From positions 1,695,608-1,759,607 of the forward strand of contig JALDTO010000266.1 of NCBI GenBank assembly GCA_023515725.1: a stretch of DNA of 64,000 nt, read 5' to 3'. Under the pieces are notes generated by a model. The model made no database searches, was not told the origin of the DNA, and saw only the letters and a program-made list of their open reading frames with translations. This DNA is from Amoeboaphelidium protococcarum X5. Lineage: Eukaryota; Fungi; Aphelidiomycota. The position numbers and the translations under genes were made by a program. Positions 26,562-39,137 of the stretch are shown here, piece by piece (position 1 is the stretch's first letter; each line of letters begins with the position of its first letter).

Positions 26562-27860
26562 ATGTCTTCTGATCACAGCAACTAAATTAGTGAAGAATCG
26601 CTGCATAATAATGATGGCAGTTCTTAATAATAGGAATCTCGATAGCAATTGGAAATCCCGCATTCTGCTCACATCTTCTCGTCATAATCCGGTACTTCTG
26701 CCTCAGCAAGTGCGACAACATCGCGCTCGATATCACGCTAATCCATGTATCCATTTCCATACACTGCAGCAATTCCTACGGTAAATACCTCCTAATCTCT
26801 GGTCCAACTATCATCCTACCCGAAAGTGTTACAATAGCGTGGTCACGAAGATTCTGAAGCCATTTTAACGTTGCGAACTGCTTAATCCATGATTGATTTG
26901 CGTAATCTGAATTAAGGGAAGCCATACAAGACTACGCTGCCCATCCCACTGCCTGCTCCTGCTTAGCGAAGTGCACCAAGAAGGCCATTGTTCATCCGTA
27001 GCCACTCTTCTGTTGCTGCTTTGAGCTCTGGTAAGTTGCCCGTTCCTTTTCTTCCTGTTATTTCACCCCGATCTTGGTCCGAAAAATCTGAGGATTCGTA
27101 GTTGGTGATGTCCTAAGAAAATCAAAATGCTTCTTTAGCTGGCACTGTGGATAATACAGCGAAGCGTAGGAGGTCTTCATCGGCAGAGGGATTTGAGAGT
27201 GTTACTGCTGAGTGCGTAGTCAGCGGAGAGGCGGGCTATCAACAGCAATCACCCAAGAAATGGAAGCATGATTCTGTTGGTTCCGACTTGGCAGTAAAAG
27301 AAGCTAAATAGAGCTCTAATGAAGGTGATGGAAGTATTATCTCTTCTGTTATGAATGAGACCAACAATAATGTTACGCAATAAGACTCTTCGGTGGTATC
27401 TGCCAATCGTCGTAGTTTGCGAAGTTCCAGTCGATAGAGTGCTACTATTAATGGGGCTACCCGTTTAGGCAATTCTGGCGTTCTCGGCTCTCAACAGCTA
27501 CGGCTTAATGAGATTTATTAAAGAAATAATGGCAGCACTGCCTCTATAGTATAGAAATCGAACGTGGCTTCCAAGTCTGATAGTGCGCGTTCCGCAGTTC
27601 AAGATAATGCGTCGATAGTTAGGAGTTCTAGTTATTAGTACTTGGACTTGAAAGGGAGACTTCGATATGCTTATTCTAATATAAACAAGGATGTGCAATA
27701 AAACTCGAATTTTCCTGGTTAGTATGATGGTAATAACGCGCCAGTGGCATAATTAAAGAAGAAGATTAGCAAGATGCCTCTGCCTTCCAGATTGAATCCA
27801 ATAGAGTCTAGGGACGTTCAGGATGACTTGGAAGGCATAAGATCTGCAATTTAGAAATGA
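26562..27860 (+). CDS. Ser/Gln-rich, likely disordered nuclear protein (432 aa)
   Basis: Uninterrupted table-6 ORF. NLS-like AKRRRS and SPKKWK; C-terminal helices LKGRLRYAY and IESRDVQDDLEGIR. Confidence 0.7.
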
Positions 27861-27995
27861 TGTTTATAATTTGTAATTTTATTTAGTATAATTTTTGTAT
27901 ATTTTTGGTGAGACTCTTTACTTGATCACTGTCCTATCTATTTTCAACTTTAATCGTTTTAATTCGAAGCGCAATCTGTTTAAAACTGTTGAAAT

Positions 27996-28981
27996 ATGCT
28001 TTATATAATTGGACTTGGTCTAGCGGATGAAAAAGGTGGGTACTTAATAATTATTACATAAGCTAATAAGACGCGTATTGTTTAGATAACTATCTCATAA
28101 GTGTAGATATCACAGTGAAAGGATTGGAGGCTGTGCAAAAATGTGAGCGCGTCTACTTGGAAGCTTATACGAGTATTCTATTAGTAGACTAAGCGAGACT
28201 GGTAAGATATCGTTATTCTCATATCGTGAGTATCTAGAAATAAGTTTGATAAATGTAGGAAGCATTTTATGGAAAGAAAGTTATATTGGCTGATAGAGAT
28301 ATGGTGGAGTAATAGGCTGATGAAATTTTGAAAGATGCCGATTCGGTCGACGTGGCATTCCTTGTGGTTGGCGATCCTTATGGAGCAACCACTCACTCAG
28401 ACTTGGTTCTTCGTGCTTAGAACCTGGGCATCGCTGTAAAGTCTATTCACAATGCTTCAGTAATGAACGCTATTGGCGCGTGTGGCTTATAGCTATACAA
28501 TTACGGATTGACAGTGTCCATACCGTTCTTTACTGATACGTGGAAACCAAGTAGTTTTTATGATAAGATTCTGGGGAATATTTGTTGGACTCAGTACGCG
28601 TCAGAGAGCTAGTAAGTCAGTAGCCTGCATACACTATGTCTACTTGATATCAAAGTTAAGGAGTAGAGTATTGAGAATTTGGCTCGTGGTAGAAATATCT
28701 ACGAACCACCTCGATTCATGACTGTAAATTAAGCGCTCTAGCAGTTGATGGAGATTGAGTAGGAGCGAAAGTGTGGAGTCATTAGTGGTGATACACTGGT
28801 GGTTGGAATAGCTAGATTAGGATCCGAGTCGCAGGTAATCAGAGCTGGAACGGTTGAATAGTTGATTGATTTTGACTTTGGTCCACCGTTGCACTGTCTC
28901 ATTCTACCTGGTTAATTGCACGAGATTGAACGCGAAGCATTGTCTGAGCTCATAGAGTAGTGCACAGAAGATGGTGAATGA
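27996..28981 (+). CDS. DPH5: Diphthine methyl ester synthase (intron 28036-28106)
   Basis: [84 protein letters not shown]. Confidence 0.97.
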
Positions 28982-29200
28982 GTGATCATTACATTAAAGT
29001 TGAAGATAAGAATTAAAAAGTTCACGGGACAATGCAAATGACAACGTTGACAAGGTCAAACCAATGAAATAGATACGACCATGCTCGAAATTTATCTTTG
29101 GCATTAGCCGTTGCCCACCGATGAATTGCAATCTTTAATAAATAAATAAAACGTACATATATTTTAACAGTAAATTATAATCAAATTCACAAGAGATAAA

Positions 29201-30817
29201 TCACTAACTTAAATAGCGAGCATTCGCCTTGTTAAGCGTTTTTTCGTATACCTTCTTCCTCTTCTAAGCCAGTGCGTCTACTTCACCCGTGATGATCTTT
29301 GGAACTTCAAAACTAAACTTTGCTTAACTCTTAAATACATCTTTCAAAAACAGTATCCACGTCGCCAAAGAGAACTCTGCAGTAGATAGAATCTTAGCTC
29401 CACTTTTGATTGTATTTTTAGGCTATGATGAGGTTTAAGCCTATAACAAATTTCCATTTGTTGCATTAGACTACTAAGCCAGATTACTAACGTTTTATAA
29501 GGTTAAGCGCATATCTTTTATCAACTTTAAGGTTAAGTTTTAAGCAAACTCTTCATTCCACTATGTCATTCCACCTTTGGATTTCTCAGCCCAATTACCA
29601 TTTGGATTATTCTTTTTAAGCATTCCGGTATTGATCCAATAGCACTATTAAGGCAACTACCCAAATTTCTCTTTATAGTGCAGATGGATCGCAATATTTT
29701 ACTTACCATATGATAATCCGGCATAAATAGCACATTCACCTTTATATTCTTTATACACAGCCCCTATCATCTTGATATTGTCTATTTCCTCTATCGTGGG
29801 AAGAGCTGGCACGGACCCCTTATGACTCTGAAATCCTCTATACTACAAGTGATCGGTATAATCGCACAAGCTGGTATCCATCGATGCAACAAATGGCCAA
29901 TAATTCTAAGCGTTTAAAGTATCCGGCCTGGTATAATACTTAGGCGTCTGCCCCTATACAGTCTCTTCAGAGGAACTTTAACCGGAAGAGATAGTATCGA
30001 TTTTAGAATCATTAGCCTTCAAAGCGTTTAGCTCAAAGAACTTCTAGAAGAACAAAGCAACAGCAGCTACTTCATCCGATCCACAGGAAGACTGCACATG
30101 AATAATATAATCCTTCCACACATCATCTGGTAAGTTCTTACAATCGTCGACAAACTTTCCAGAATAACAGCTATCGACGACAATTTCAATAAAGTGATTC
30201 TAAGGCCTTCTCTCTCCCTTGTAATTAGTTCGCCAAAGATCAAGCAAGGACTCTAAGTCAGCAAATCCTCGCTAGAACATCAGAATTTCGCCGCCAGTTA
30301 ATCGTCGATTATTACCAGAAAACTTTTAGAAAGACTCTTCAACATAATCGCCTTCAAAATGCACCAAAGGATACTTACCAAAAGGATGATATTATTAGTT
30401 GTCACCCGTTCCACCAGCAAGTTTGATGAGAGGAGTATTATTCACTTCAACAGCAAATTTTTCAGAAACACCATGGGATGAAATGAATAGAATAATATGT
30501 TTATATTAATGATTTCTAAAATGATTAAGAAACTCCGTAAATTTGCCACCAAACAATGTATACGCATCATTTACAAACCCATCCTCTACGGACACCCATT
30601 AGCCATTATCCGCCATTTTCTCAACAACTTCATTCCACGACTCAACCTGGTTATGTGTAATGTTACGATATTAGCAAAACTTAGTGATTCTTTCTATCTC
30701 AGCTTATACCACCTATGGATCTTGACAAGCACCCAGCCCGACAAGACTTTCAAATAGCAGCGTTGGAAGATATAACGCTATTACATCATTCGAATGCTAT
30801 TTATTATCTAATGACAT
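29201..30817 (-). CDS. Caspase/metacaspase-fold (clan CD) cysteine protease-like protein with unknown C-terminal domain (538 aa)
   Basis: Intronless ORF from ATG 30817 to TGA 29201-29203. HIILFISSHG (His codon 30473-30475), IEIVVDSCYSGKF (Cys codon 30167-30169), VQSSCGSDE, QTP. Confidence 0.75.
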
Positions 30818-30856
30818 CGTTGATTTAGAGGTAACTGTCCAAGCAAACAGAGTGAA

Positions 30857-30928
30857 GTCAGCAAACCACTAAAGTATGTCAGCAAACCAATGTACTGTAG
30901 TCAGCAAACCAATGTACTGTAGTCAGCA
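30857..30928. promoter_or_regulatory. Four phased GTCAGCA(AACCA) motifs spaced 21-22 bp, upstream of the caspase-like gene
   Basis: Copies start at 30857, 30878, 30900 and 30922. The regulatory role is inferred from position only. Confidence 0.45.
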
Positions 30929-31338
30929 GTAAGTGCTTCGAAAAGCTGTATAGGGCAAATATATGGATCATGTAGCTATTCTCCGATGAAACAATGCCCT
31001 ATGTTGAAAACGTATTTATTGAGTCGGAGACAATATTCGTTCCGGAAAGGACAACATTTCGTCGCACAACGCTGATGAAAGCTTTCGCCCGCGTTTCTTT
31101 GTATCGGACTGTATAGAGCTCATTAAAGGAAAAATGTGCTTCAAGCGCGTACTCGCCCCACAAAATCATATAACTTCGATTCTAGACAACTATTACAGTA
31201 TGCTATCGATTAAATGTTTTACCCTCTTCGGTATCCAAGAATTATTATTGCGAACCATGGTGCTTCTTAAAAGTTAGACAAATTAACGTTGTTTAGTGCT
31301 TCAGCCAAAATCATAGTATGTTAACAGTATTTACGCAA

Positions 31339-31854
31339 TCACCTGTCTTTAGGAAGGTTGAGTTAACGAGCAGATACTGGATTATTCGGTATCAGTGCAG
31401 CAGCGACTCTTCGCTCCTCTTCAACTAGAATGTTGTATGTAGAACACGCCTACTTGGAGTTCATAACCTCATGCTATATCCCCAGTTTAGACAACATTTG
31501 CTGCAATTACACGCTTAACGGTTACATGGACTTGCCAGTACCGATGATGAGAATCTCGGGTGGATCTGATATCAACTTCAATACAGCCAGTGTATCTGGT
31601 GAAAGCTATTTATGTGTGGATACATCCCAGCAAAATATACCGCCATTCAATAGCATCACACCTCCCAGCATATCGATATTCCCAATGACGAATCCATCGT
31701 TCTTGACGCGTGTAACCATCGGCAACTTTGGAACCATTGGATCATCTTTACTTCCCTATTATATAGACTAGAATACATTAAGACTATTCAACACATTACT
31801 GTCCATCACTCTCCTGCTCTACGTGAAAAGTCGCTTTCTACTTAGCATCAACAT
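31339..31854 (-). CDS. NDUFAF3: Complex I assembly factor NDUFAF3 / Mth938 domain protein
   Basis: PPEILIIGTG, LGIQHEVMNSKQACSTYNILVEEERRVAAALIP. Confidence 0.9.
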
Positions 31855-31917
31855 TGTGTATTTTCTCTTATAGTTATCAGCGCAAGAAAATTAAAGAAGA
31901 ATTAAACTGAACTTAAT

Positions 31918-33000
31918 ATGACTGCGGATATGTTGGTTTTTGTAGAAGTGTTAAAGAACATATAAAAGTTGAATATTATAGTGAGGGGAGATGGTGTTAA
32001 TGCTGACGTGTCTGATCTTAAATTAAAATTGGTGGGTCATAGATTGATGTTAATTGGCGGGTCGGATTCTATAATGATTTTGGATGACATGACATCGTTG
32101 TCTATTGTATCCAGTACCGCGACTTTTAAAATATTAAATTATGAGTTACATATCCAAGTTGAGATAGCCTCTGATATATCAGCGTTGGAGTATACAGACT
32201 GGATGTTAAGCGAGAATTAATGTCTTGAAATATTGAAATAATGCACTTCCATGCATTGCATACAGTGTCAAAAGAGACTGACACCACCTGAAAGATCGCG
32301 ATTATTCAATAAAGCGCGTCTTCTTCCACCAGAGTATTGGCATGAGTTAATTGAGTGTTGGGTGTGTCATCCAAAAGAAGATCTTAAGAAGGTACAGGAA
32401 TTTGATGCTCATGCACGTAGTGGAACTGTTCTTGTGGCGGGTAGTCGAGTTTTGATGCACGTTGATGATCTTGACGCGTCTTCTATATCTCTCGGTGATT
32501 TTGAAAGTAATGGTTTTGTGAACTGCAAATAATGTGGGCATTAATTTGCAAAGTCTTAGTAATACGAGCGAAATGGTGAATTAGGCATTGATGTTTCCAT
32601 AGACATTAGCCAAGTTCTGATTAGAAATCGGAATCGCACTGAGTACAAGATTAGCCAACTATAATCGGTTCTTCTGCGCATGAGAGAACTGTATGACGCT
32701 CACAATGACAGTAAGTTTGCTTTGTGCTCAGATACTGAGGCTGTAGAGATATGGATATTGTAATGGGATTCTCTGATCAGCTTTAGTTAATAAATGAAGT
32801 TGGTCTCTTCACCGCGTATCCTCTATAGAAAAGTTAATTTGATTGAATCTGAGATCTCAACTGAAATCATTAAAATCTCATCGGATTAATTGCAGAGAGC
32901 AAAGCAAGATTTGGATAAATCGAATCAAGAACTTCCTCCAAGTGTTCGATAAATGCTCGGGTATAGTGTTGCCTTTTTGAATGTTGATTATATCTAATGA
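31918..33000 (+). CDS. UBE3D: HECT_2 / E2-binding protein (UBE3D/Ipa1-like)
   Basis: FVEVLKNIQ, CxxC, LPPEYWHELIECWVCH, second CxxC, SNQELPPSVR. Confidence 0.85.
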
Positions 33001-33178
33001 TTACTTGCAGTCGATGACTAATGAGTGACATTTCCCTTTTGAGAAGGTGAAACAGCGAAATTTTGTTATTCGTGTTTCAGCGTTGAGATTTTCGCTAGAG
33101 ATTTTGTCTAATAGCTCTTTTTTACTCATATCTTTGTCCTTTTTAGAATATCGCTCTGCTTTAATTTTGTGTATTAGT

Positions 33179-34333
33179 ATGTCACAGCCATCAAGAGTTG
33201 GATTGTTGCCGTGCCTGTTTATTGTCATTTTGTGGTTGCTTCTACCTTTGCCTAAATTGCAACATGGGCCTGCGTTAGATCCAACGACAAGAAATGCTGC
33301 ACTGAAAGCGATGCAGCGAACCAAGAACACGGCGGCTGTTATTAAAAGTAGAATTAGTCTTAGTAAAAGAAGAACGTCATAATCTCAAGAATCATCTAAT
33401 TACTTGTATAAGCAGTATCAGAGTTGGACCTCCGCTGGTTCTGATGCTGAGTCTGAAGAAGCTCCAGATATCTCTAATGACTTGAAACAACTAACGTCCA
33501 CCACTGCCGCCAACAATAGAATGCTCATCGTAACTGGTATCGCTCCAAAGCCGTGTAAATTACATGAGGGGGATTTTTTGACGATGCTATCGATAAAGAA
33601 TAAATAAGATTACGCAAGGATGCACGGATATGATTTTTACATGTCAACGCACCTGAGCGACGTGAATTTGGTGGGCGCGTGGAACAAAGTTGCGCTCATA
33701 CGCGATCTTTTAATATCCTAATCTCAGTACGAGTGGATAATGTGGATTGACTATGACTCAATTATCATGGACGTGAATTTCATACTTCCGTTTGATAGAT
33801 ATGCCGGTAAGGATCTAGTGCTCTGGGGCCAAGAGAAGTAGTTGTATGAAGAGGGAGATAGTCATATGGGATTGAATACAGGAGTCTTTCTGGTAAGAAA
33901 ATCTGAATGGTCGCGCTCATTCTTCAATGAAACATGTCAATACGGTCACCAAAATGGTAAGAAGTATGAAGCGCTAATGAAAAGTCGTCTAGCCAAATAC
34001 TCTTGGGCTATGTTTGATTAAAATGGGTTCGCTTATAATCTCAACTATTGGAGGCCAGAAGAGTCTCGTGCCAAAACGTATCTAGAACGATCATTCATCT
34101 TGAATGGTTACTGGAAAGACCTGCCTCTGGATTAAATGTCTGCTGACACGCATGAATTGAGGCAAAATCGTTCACTGCGAAAGTATCCATTTGTCAAACA
34201 TTTCATGGGATGTCAATTTTGTAGCGGTGTCAATACTGACGCGGAAATCCAGTCGTTATGTTAGAAGGACTTTGTTGATACCTTCAATAAAGCAAACGAG
34301 CTAGTAATCAACGCGACGTTTTCTGGGCTGTGA
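33179..34333 (+). CDS. GT34 glycosyltransferase, plant xyloglucan xylosyltransferase/galactomannan galactosyltransferase type; type II membrane protein
   Basis: N-terminal TM. RMLIVTGIAPKPC, LSIKNKQDYARMHG, WNKVALIR, WIMWIDYD, GLNTGVFLVR, DQ, LNGYW, PFVKHFMGCQFC. Confidence 0.9.
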
Positions 34334-34401
34334 AAGTAGTTGACAGAGAGTGCATTTTGTAATTTATCAAACATCTAATGATGACAATAATATTCATTTA
34401 A

Positions 34402-35505
34402 TCATAAAAAGAACGAGTCCTTCTTTGAACTTGGATCATCCCTATTGGTCTTGTGCTTTCGATTCGCTGGTTGCATATCACCCCGTCTAACGGACTTCCC
34501 AATGCGTTGTGCTTTCGGACCATCAATCCTCCTCTAAGGCTCAGACTTAATATCTCCTCGTTTGAATTAACTTTACGACTTTTTAGATTACTTTGTGCCA
34601 GATACTTCGCGTATATCAGCCTAATTGGCAGCTTCACTCAGAATTTAAGCATGTTTTCTCTTACCAATACGCTCATCCAATCTCTCGCCATTAAAGACGC
34701 GAAGCTTTGAAAAGATGCCTATTATCACTTACTTGATAGTCTATCCGCCATCATTAGTCTATAACATTTCCATAACTGGATTACCTTTTAGATTCAATTG
34801 GCGCAACAAAGGGAACGCTTGGGAAATAAATTCCAATTCTTTCAGGGACGAGATTTCATTATTACCAAGATCCAAAATGTCAAGACTAGTATTTGTATAT
34901 CCAAGAGGCTTTTAAACCGTAATCTTATTATGACTTAGCCTGAGTTCTTTCAATTCCAAATTGACATCCAAACCAAGAGGGAAACAGCTTAGTTTATTAT
35001 TAGAGAGACTCAACTTTTTCAAATGCTTCACCGCACTAAATACACCACACGTCTAATTATCAATACTTACAGCCAGGCTCTCATCATTCAGACTGTTATT
35101 CGATAAAACAATAGTGTTAAGTTCAGGACAAGTGCTAAATACGCTAGATTCAATCTTGGATATCTAATTATCGTTCATTATCAGAGCTTTCAATTAGGGA
35201 AGATTCTGTAAGTATATCGGCAGCTGAGTAATCTTGTTATGGGAAACATTCAACACGGATAGCTACTTCAGCGCACGTATAAACTCGAGGCTGGATACCT
35301 TGTTATCTGATATATTAAGCCAAGACAATTATAGACATTAACCGATCTTGTGCAGGAAATCCGAATCCTTCGCTGAGCTCAAATGATTACCGCTAACATT
35401 CAATCTTCTCACTGTATCTGCACTTCCTGCTGGTAAATCAAGAGGCAGTTTCGCATTCTACGCTCTTACTTTACTCAAACTGATATCAACTCCAGCTTCA
35501 GGCAT
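34402..35505 (-). CDS. SDS22-type leucine-rich repeat protein with basic C-tail
   Basis: Repeated LxxLNxSxNxI units (LSWLNISDNKV, LSVLNVSHNKI, LKALIMNDNQI), LRR cap LRVFNGERL, K/R-rich tail. Confidence 0.85.
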
Positions 35506-35656
35506 ATTTCAGTCAGCAAATAACGCGTACTTTGTCAAATAGAAGAGTATTTATGATTTGCGAAATTTGCACTAATGAACAAAGGAGCAACTTGAGAGCG
35601 AGTGGGCGGTCCAATCGCGTTTCAGAGATGCTCAAGTAGAATACACTGTAGTCAAT

Positions 35657-36758
35657 ATGGATAAGGTACGACTAGAACAAGATTTGGAATCGTTGTAGAA
35701 TGGACATACACCCATGTTTCTTAGATTCAAAGCAATTTAAAGACTTTTGTTTGAACTACAGTAGCCTCATTCATCCAACAAGTAAGTATTGTACTTGCAT
35801 TTTAGGGTCAATTTCTAATCAATTAATGTATGCTGTAGATTCTACAATTTTAATGTATTGAGCTTATTCCTTCAATTTAAAATTCTGAATACTCTATGTC
35901 AAGTTAATCATCAATTTCATGGCACATTCCAACAAGATTTATGCAATTTAGCTGATAAGGCGTGTCCATTTGTGAAGAATTAAATGTTGTTGTAACAGCT
36001 GGCCGTAATATCTGGCGACTAGTTGTTGTAATAGGACCATGATGGGATTAATACTGAATAGCCTTCAAAGTCTACTAATGTCGATTCTAGGCATGCCATT
36101 CGAGATTCCGTCAATATAGTTGATTTAAAACGTGAAGGTACTTTATACATGAGAACTGCACAAGGTTTCTATGGTTATAATTCCGATTTAAATCCTAATT
36201 AAGAGTAGCTGGTTGAAAAATTATAACGCGTCATTGAGCCATAGCATGAATAAGTTTACAGAGAACTAGTAACAATAGCGCATTAGCTCCTGGGTTAGTT
36301 GCATAATGAACCATCTAGAGTGGATTCTAATTCAATGAATCTGATTGTTAGAGCGGCGTTTCAAGATACCAAGTACAGCTCATTCACTGGCCTGGTGGAT
36401 ATTCTATCTACAATTTTGATTCCATACTTTAAGAGTCTACAAAAAAGTTGTGATAGAGTAATGCTTGACTGCTTGCGCTTTGTAATGCAACAAGAGCCGC
36501 CTGTTTTCATTGAAGTATTGAGTAAGTAGTGCCTGCAAGATGGCGAGTTAAAGTCGAGTAAGTAGTATTCAAGAACATGGCCATATGTTTGGATTTATAC
36601 GCGCCAATGTAGACAAATATTTGATTGAGGTACTCACCAAACTGATCAAAGAGCTCAACTAAGATTATTGTAATGATATACTACAGTAAGTTGAATTATA
36701 GCGCTGTTGTTTAGGAGTTAAAAGTAACGCAACTGAGCTGATGTAGGAATGTCTGTGA
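35657..36758 (+). CDS. Hypothetical helical protein (predicted introns 35782-35838, 36558-36612)
   Basis: Table-6 open frames joined by GTAAGT..TGTAG introns; no family recognised. Confidence 0.55.
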
Positions 36759-37046
36759 CGCGCTGATTCAAAATGGAGATGAAAAACTGATTACCCTATT
36801 GCATTAAATTCTGCTACTAATGCGCAGTAAAAATTACGGTAATAACAATAACAATAATATCAAGAAGAAAATGCCGAGCAATTCAAGAGTAATCATGCTG
36901 ATAGATATACTCCAGCAAAGGTTTAATCAAAACTCAAAATCTGCACACATCATTCAAATGATTAGCTAATGAGTGTAATAAATACCATAATAAATTTGAT
37001 ACTATGAGGGATGCTATGTATATATTTGTCAATAGCAATCACATGC

Positions 37047-37421
37047 TCATGCCAACACAGCATACTTTCTGACTGGGTATTGACGCAACTTCTTCATCTC
37101 TTTCTCAGTCTTCTTGTTCAGCTGCTCCTTGGTCAGAGCTCTTCTCAATGCTCTAGTCTTCTTGAATCTCATGTCCAGAGGGAGGTACTTCTTACCCTTG
37201 TACTCCTCCTTCAAAGCCTCTCTCTACTTCTGAGTGATGACAGTGAGAACACGAGCAATGTTCTTGCGCACAACAGAGATAGCGGTAGACTTCTAATTGT
37301 TATTTGAGGAAGCTTTCTGGACGCGCAGAGTGTTGATTTCTCTCTTCAAATCCTCCAACTATTTCATAAGTTCCTCCTTGGTCTTGGAGCGCAATTCATA
37401 AGCCTTTAATTTCTCACTCAT
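37047..37421 (-). CDS. RPL35: 60S ribosomal protein L35 (uL29)
   Basis: [66 protein letters not shown]. Confidence 0.98.
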
Positions 37422-37679
37422 TTTAGATTTCAATATTTTTAATGGTAATCGATTGCTTATTCAGATGAACTAGCCAAATTGATCTAAATCGGGGCGAAAT
37501 TAGCGTAAATTCTCAGAAGAAAATCGTCCGCGTTAAGGTTGATCAAGGTTGAAATTTACGCGCAACTCTCCGGTCAGAGCGACATAGCGTGAGATCTGAA
37601 TTTATGACTGGGCGCGTTCATTACAGTCAAGTCGCCAGCTTAAAGTTGCTGTGGAGGAAAAGTAGGAAAACAACGCAAA

Positions 37680-39038
37680 ATGCTCAAACAGTATCAATAA
37701 GGTGCATACAATCAGGTGCGCTTCCTGCATTAACGCGTTAATAATCTCACTAGCAAGTCTTCTAGATTTACGTTGCAGAAACTGACTGTGGATAGGAGTG
37801 ATAATGTGATTAGGAATGACTACAAGACGGTAAAGAATCAAGTGAAGGCGGGTTCGTTTAATGATTTCGGTCTCAGATCAGATATAATGTCCGCTGTAGA
37901 TTCTATGGGCTTGAAGAAGCCTACTGCCATATAGATTTTAGCTATCCCGGAGATATTGAAGAGGAGGAATGTTTTGTTGGCTGCAGAAACTAGTAGTGGA
38001 AAAACGTTGACGTATCTCCTTCCGCTCATAAATCAGTTGAAGCAGTAGGAGGAAGTTGATGGTTTTCTGCGACTGATACGGCGACCAAGAGTGTTGATAG
38101 TCGTGCCTAGTAAAGAGCTTGTTCATTAGGTAACATAGACTGTCAAGTAGGTTGGTCATCATGCTAAAATACGCGTAGAATCTATTCTAGATCGTAAGCC
38201 ATAGAAAAAGCGCGACTTTGATGGATGTTTTGATATCGTGGTGACTACGCCGATTAAATTGAAGTACTATTTGCAGGATAAGATGATTTAATTGAATGAT
38301 CTTTAGTGTCTAGTAGTAGATGAAGCTGATACAATGATGGATAAAGATTTCGCTGTCGATATTAAATCTCTCATTGACTCGATTAAAGCGAATGATACGC
38401 GCAAGAAGTGTCAGTTTATATTCTCAAGTGCCACAATTCCTAAAGCTTTAGATAAGTAGTTGGATGATGAATTTGGAGATGATATATTGAAAATAGCTTC
38501 CCCCAGACTTCATAAGACTGTGCCAGCGCTGCGATAAAGATTTATTCACCTGGATGGTCATGGTGATAATAAATAGTAGACTTTATTGCGCGTGCTCACA
38601 GAACTCCCACCCAAAGATTGCCCGACCTTGATCTTCTGTAACACCTTGGCCAGTTGCCGGTCATTATAGTCTTGGCTCAGTAGTCATGATGTATTTACCG
38701 ATTTGAATGGAGGTGCGGATAAAATGCAGTCGATCCATTCCAAAGTTGAAAGAGATGATAGATTTATGGCAATTAAGCAGTTTGAACAGGGAGCGCTGAA
38801 TACTTTGATATGCACTGACATTGCATCAAGAGGTATTAACACTCTGGCAGCTAGACATGTTATTATGTATGATTTCCCATAAAGCGCTGCAGACTATTTG
38901 CACAGAGTTGGCAGAACGGCTCGTTTAACACCGTCGATCAGGTAGGAAGGTAAAGCTACTGCTCTAGTTTCCAGGCGTGATAGACAGTTGGCATCCGAGA
39001 TTGAAACTCTTATTAAGCGTAAAGCTGCTCTTGCATGA
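37680..39038 (+). CDS. DEAD-box RNA helicase, probably mitochondrial (Mrh4/DDX28-like)
   Basis: Q motif PTAI(TAG=Q), [37 protein letters not shown]. Confidence 0.9.
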
Positions 39039-39137
39039 TACTAATGAAATTAAAATTTGGGAGGTTATATGTATAATAATACGAAACGATTATAAAATAG
39101 ATATTAGAGTTTTTTTGATACACTTTATACTAAAGTA

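Noticed and set aside
30857-30928. Short regularly spaced repeats as a CRISPR array
   Set aside because: Eukaryotic context, 12-bp core, near-identical 9-10-bp spacers, no cas genes.
31430-31771. Plus-strand 113-aa ORF next to the caspase-like gene, considered as a partner or gasdermin-like substrate
   Set aside because: Antisense to a clear NDUFAF3 gene; no gasdermin-like neighbour is recognisable on either side.
33001-33330. Minus-strand ORF resembling a small secreted Cys-containing protein
   Set aside because: Overlaps antisense with the GT34 signal-anchor/stem region, has no ATG start, and has no other support.
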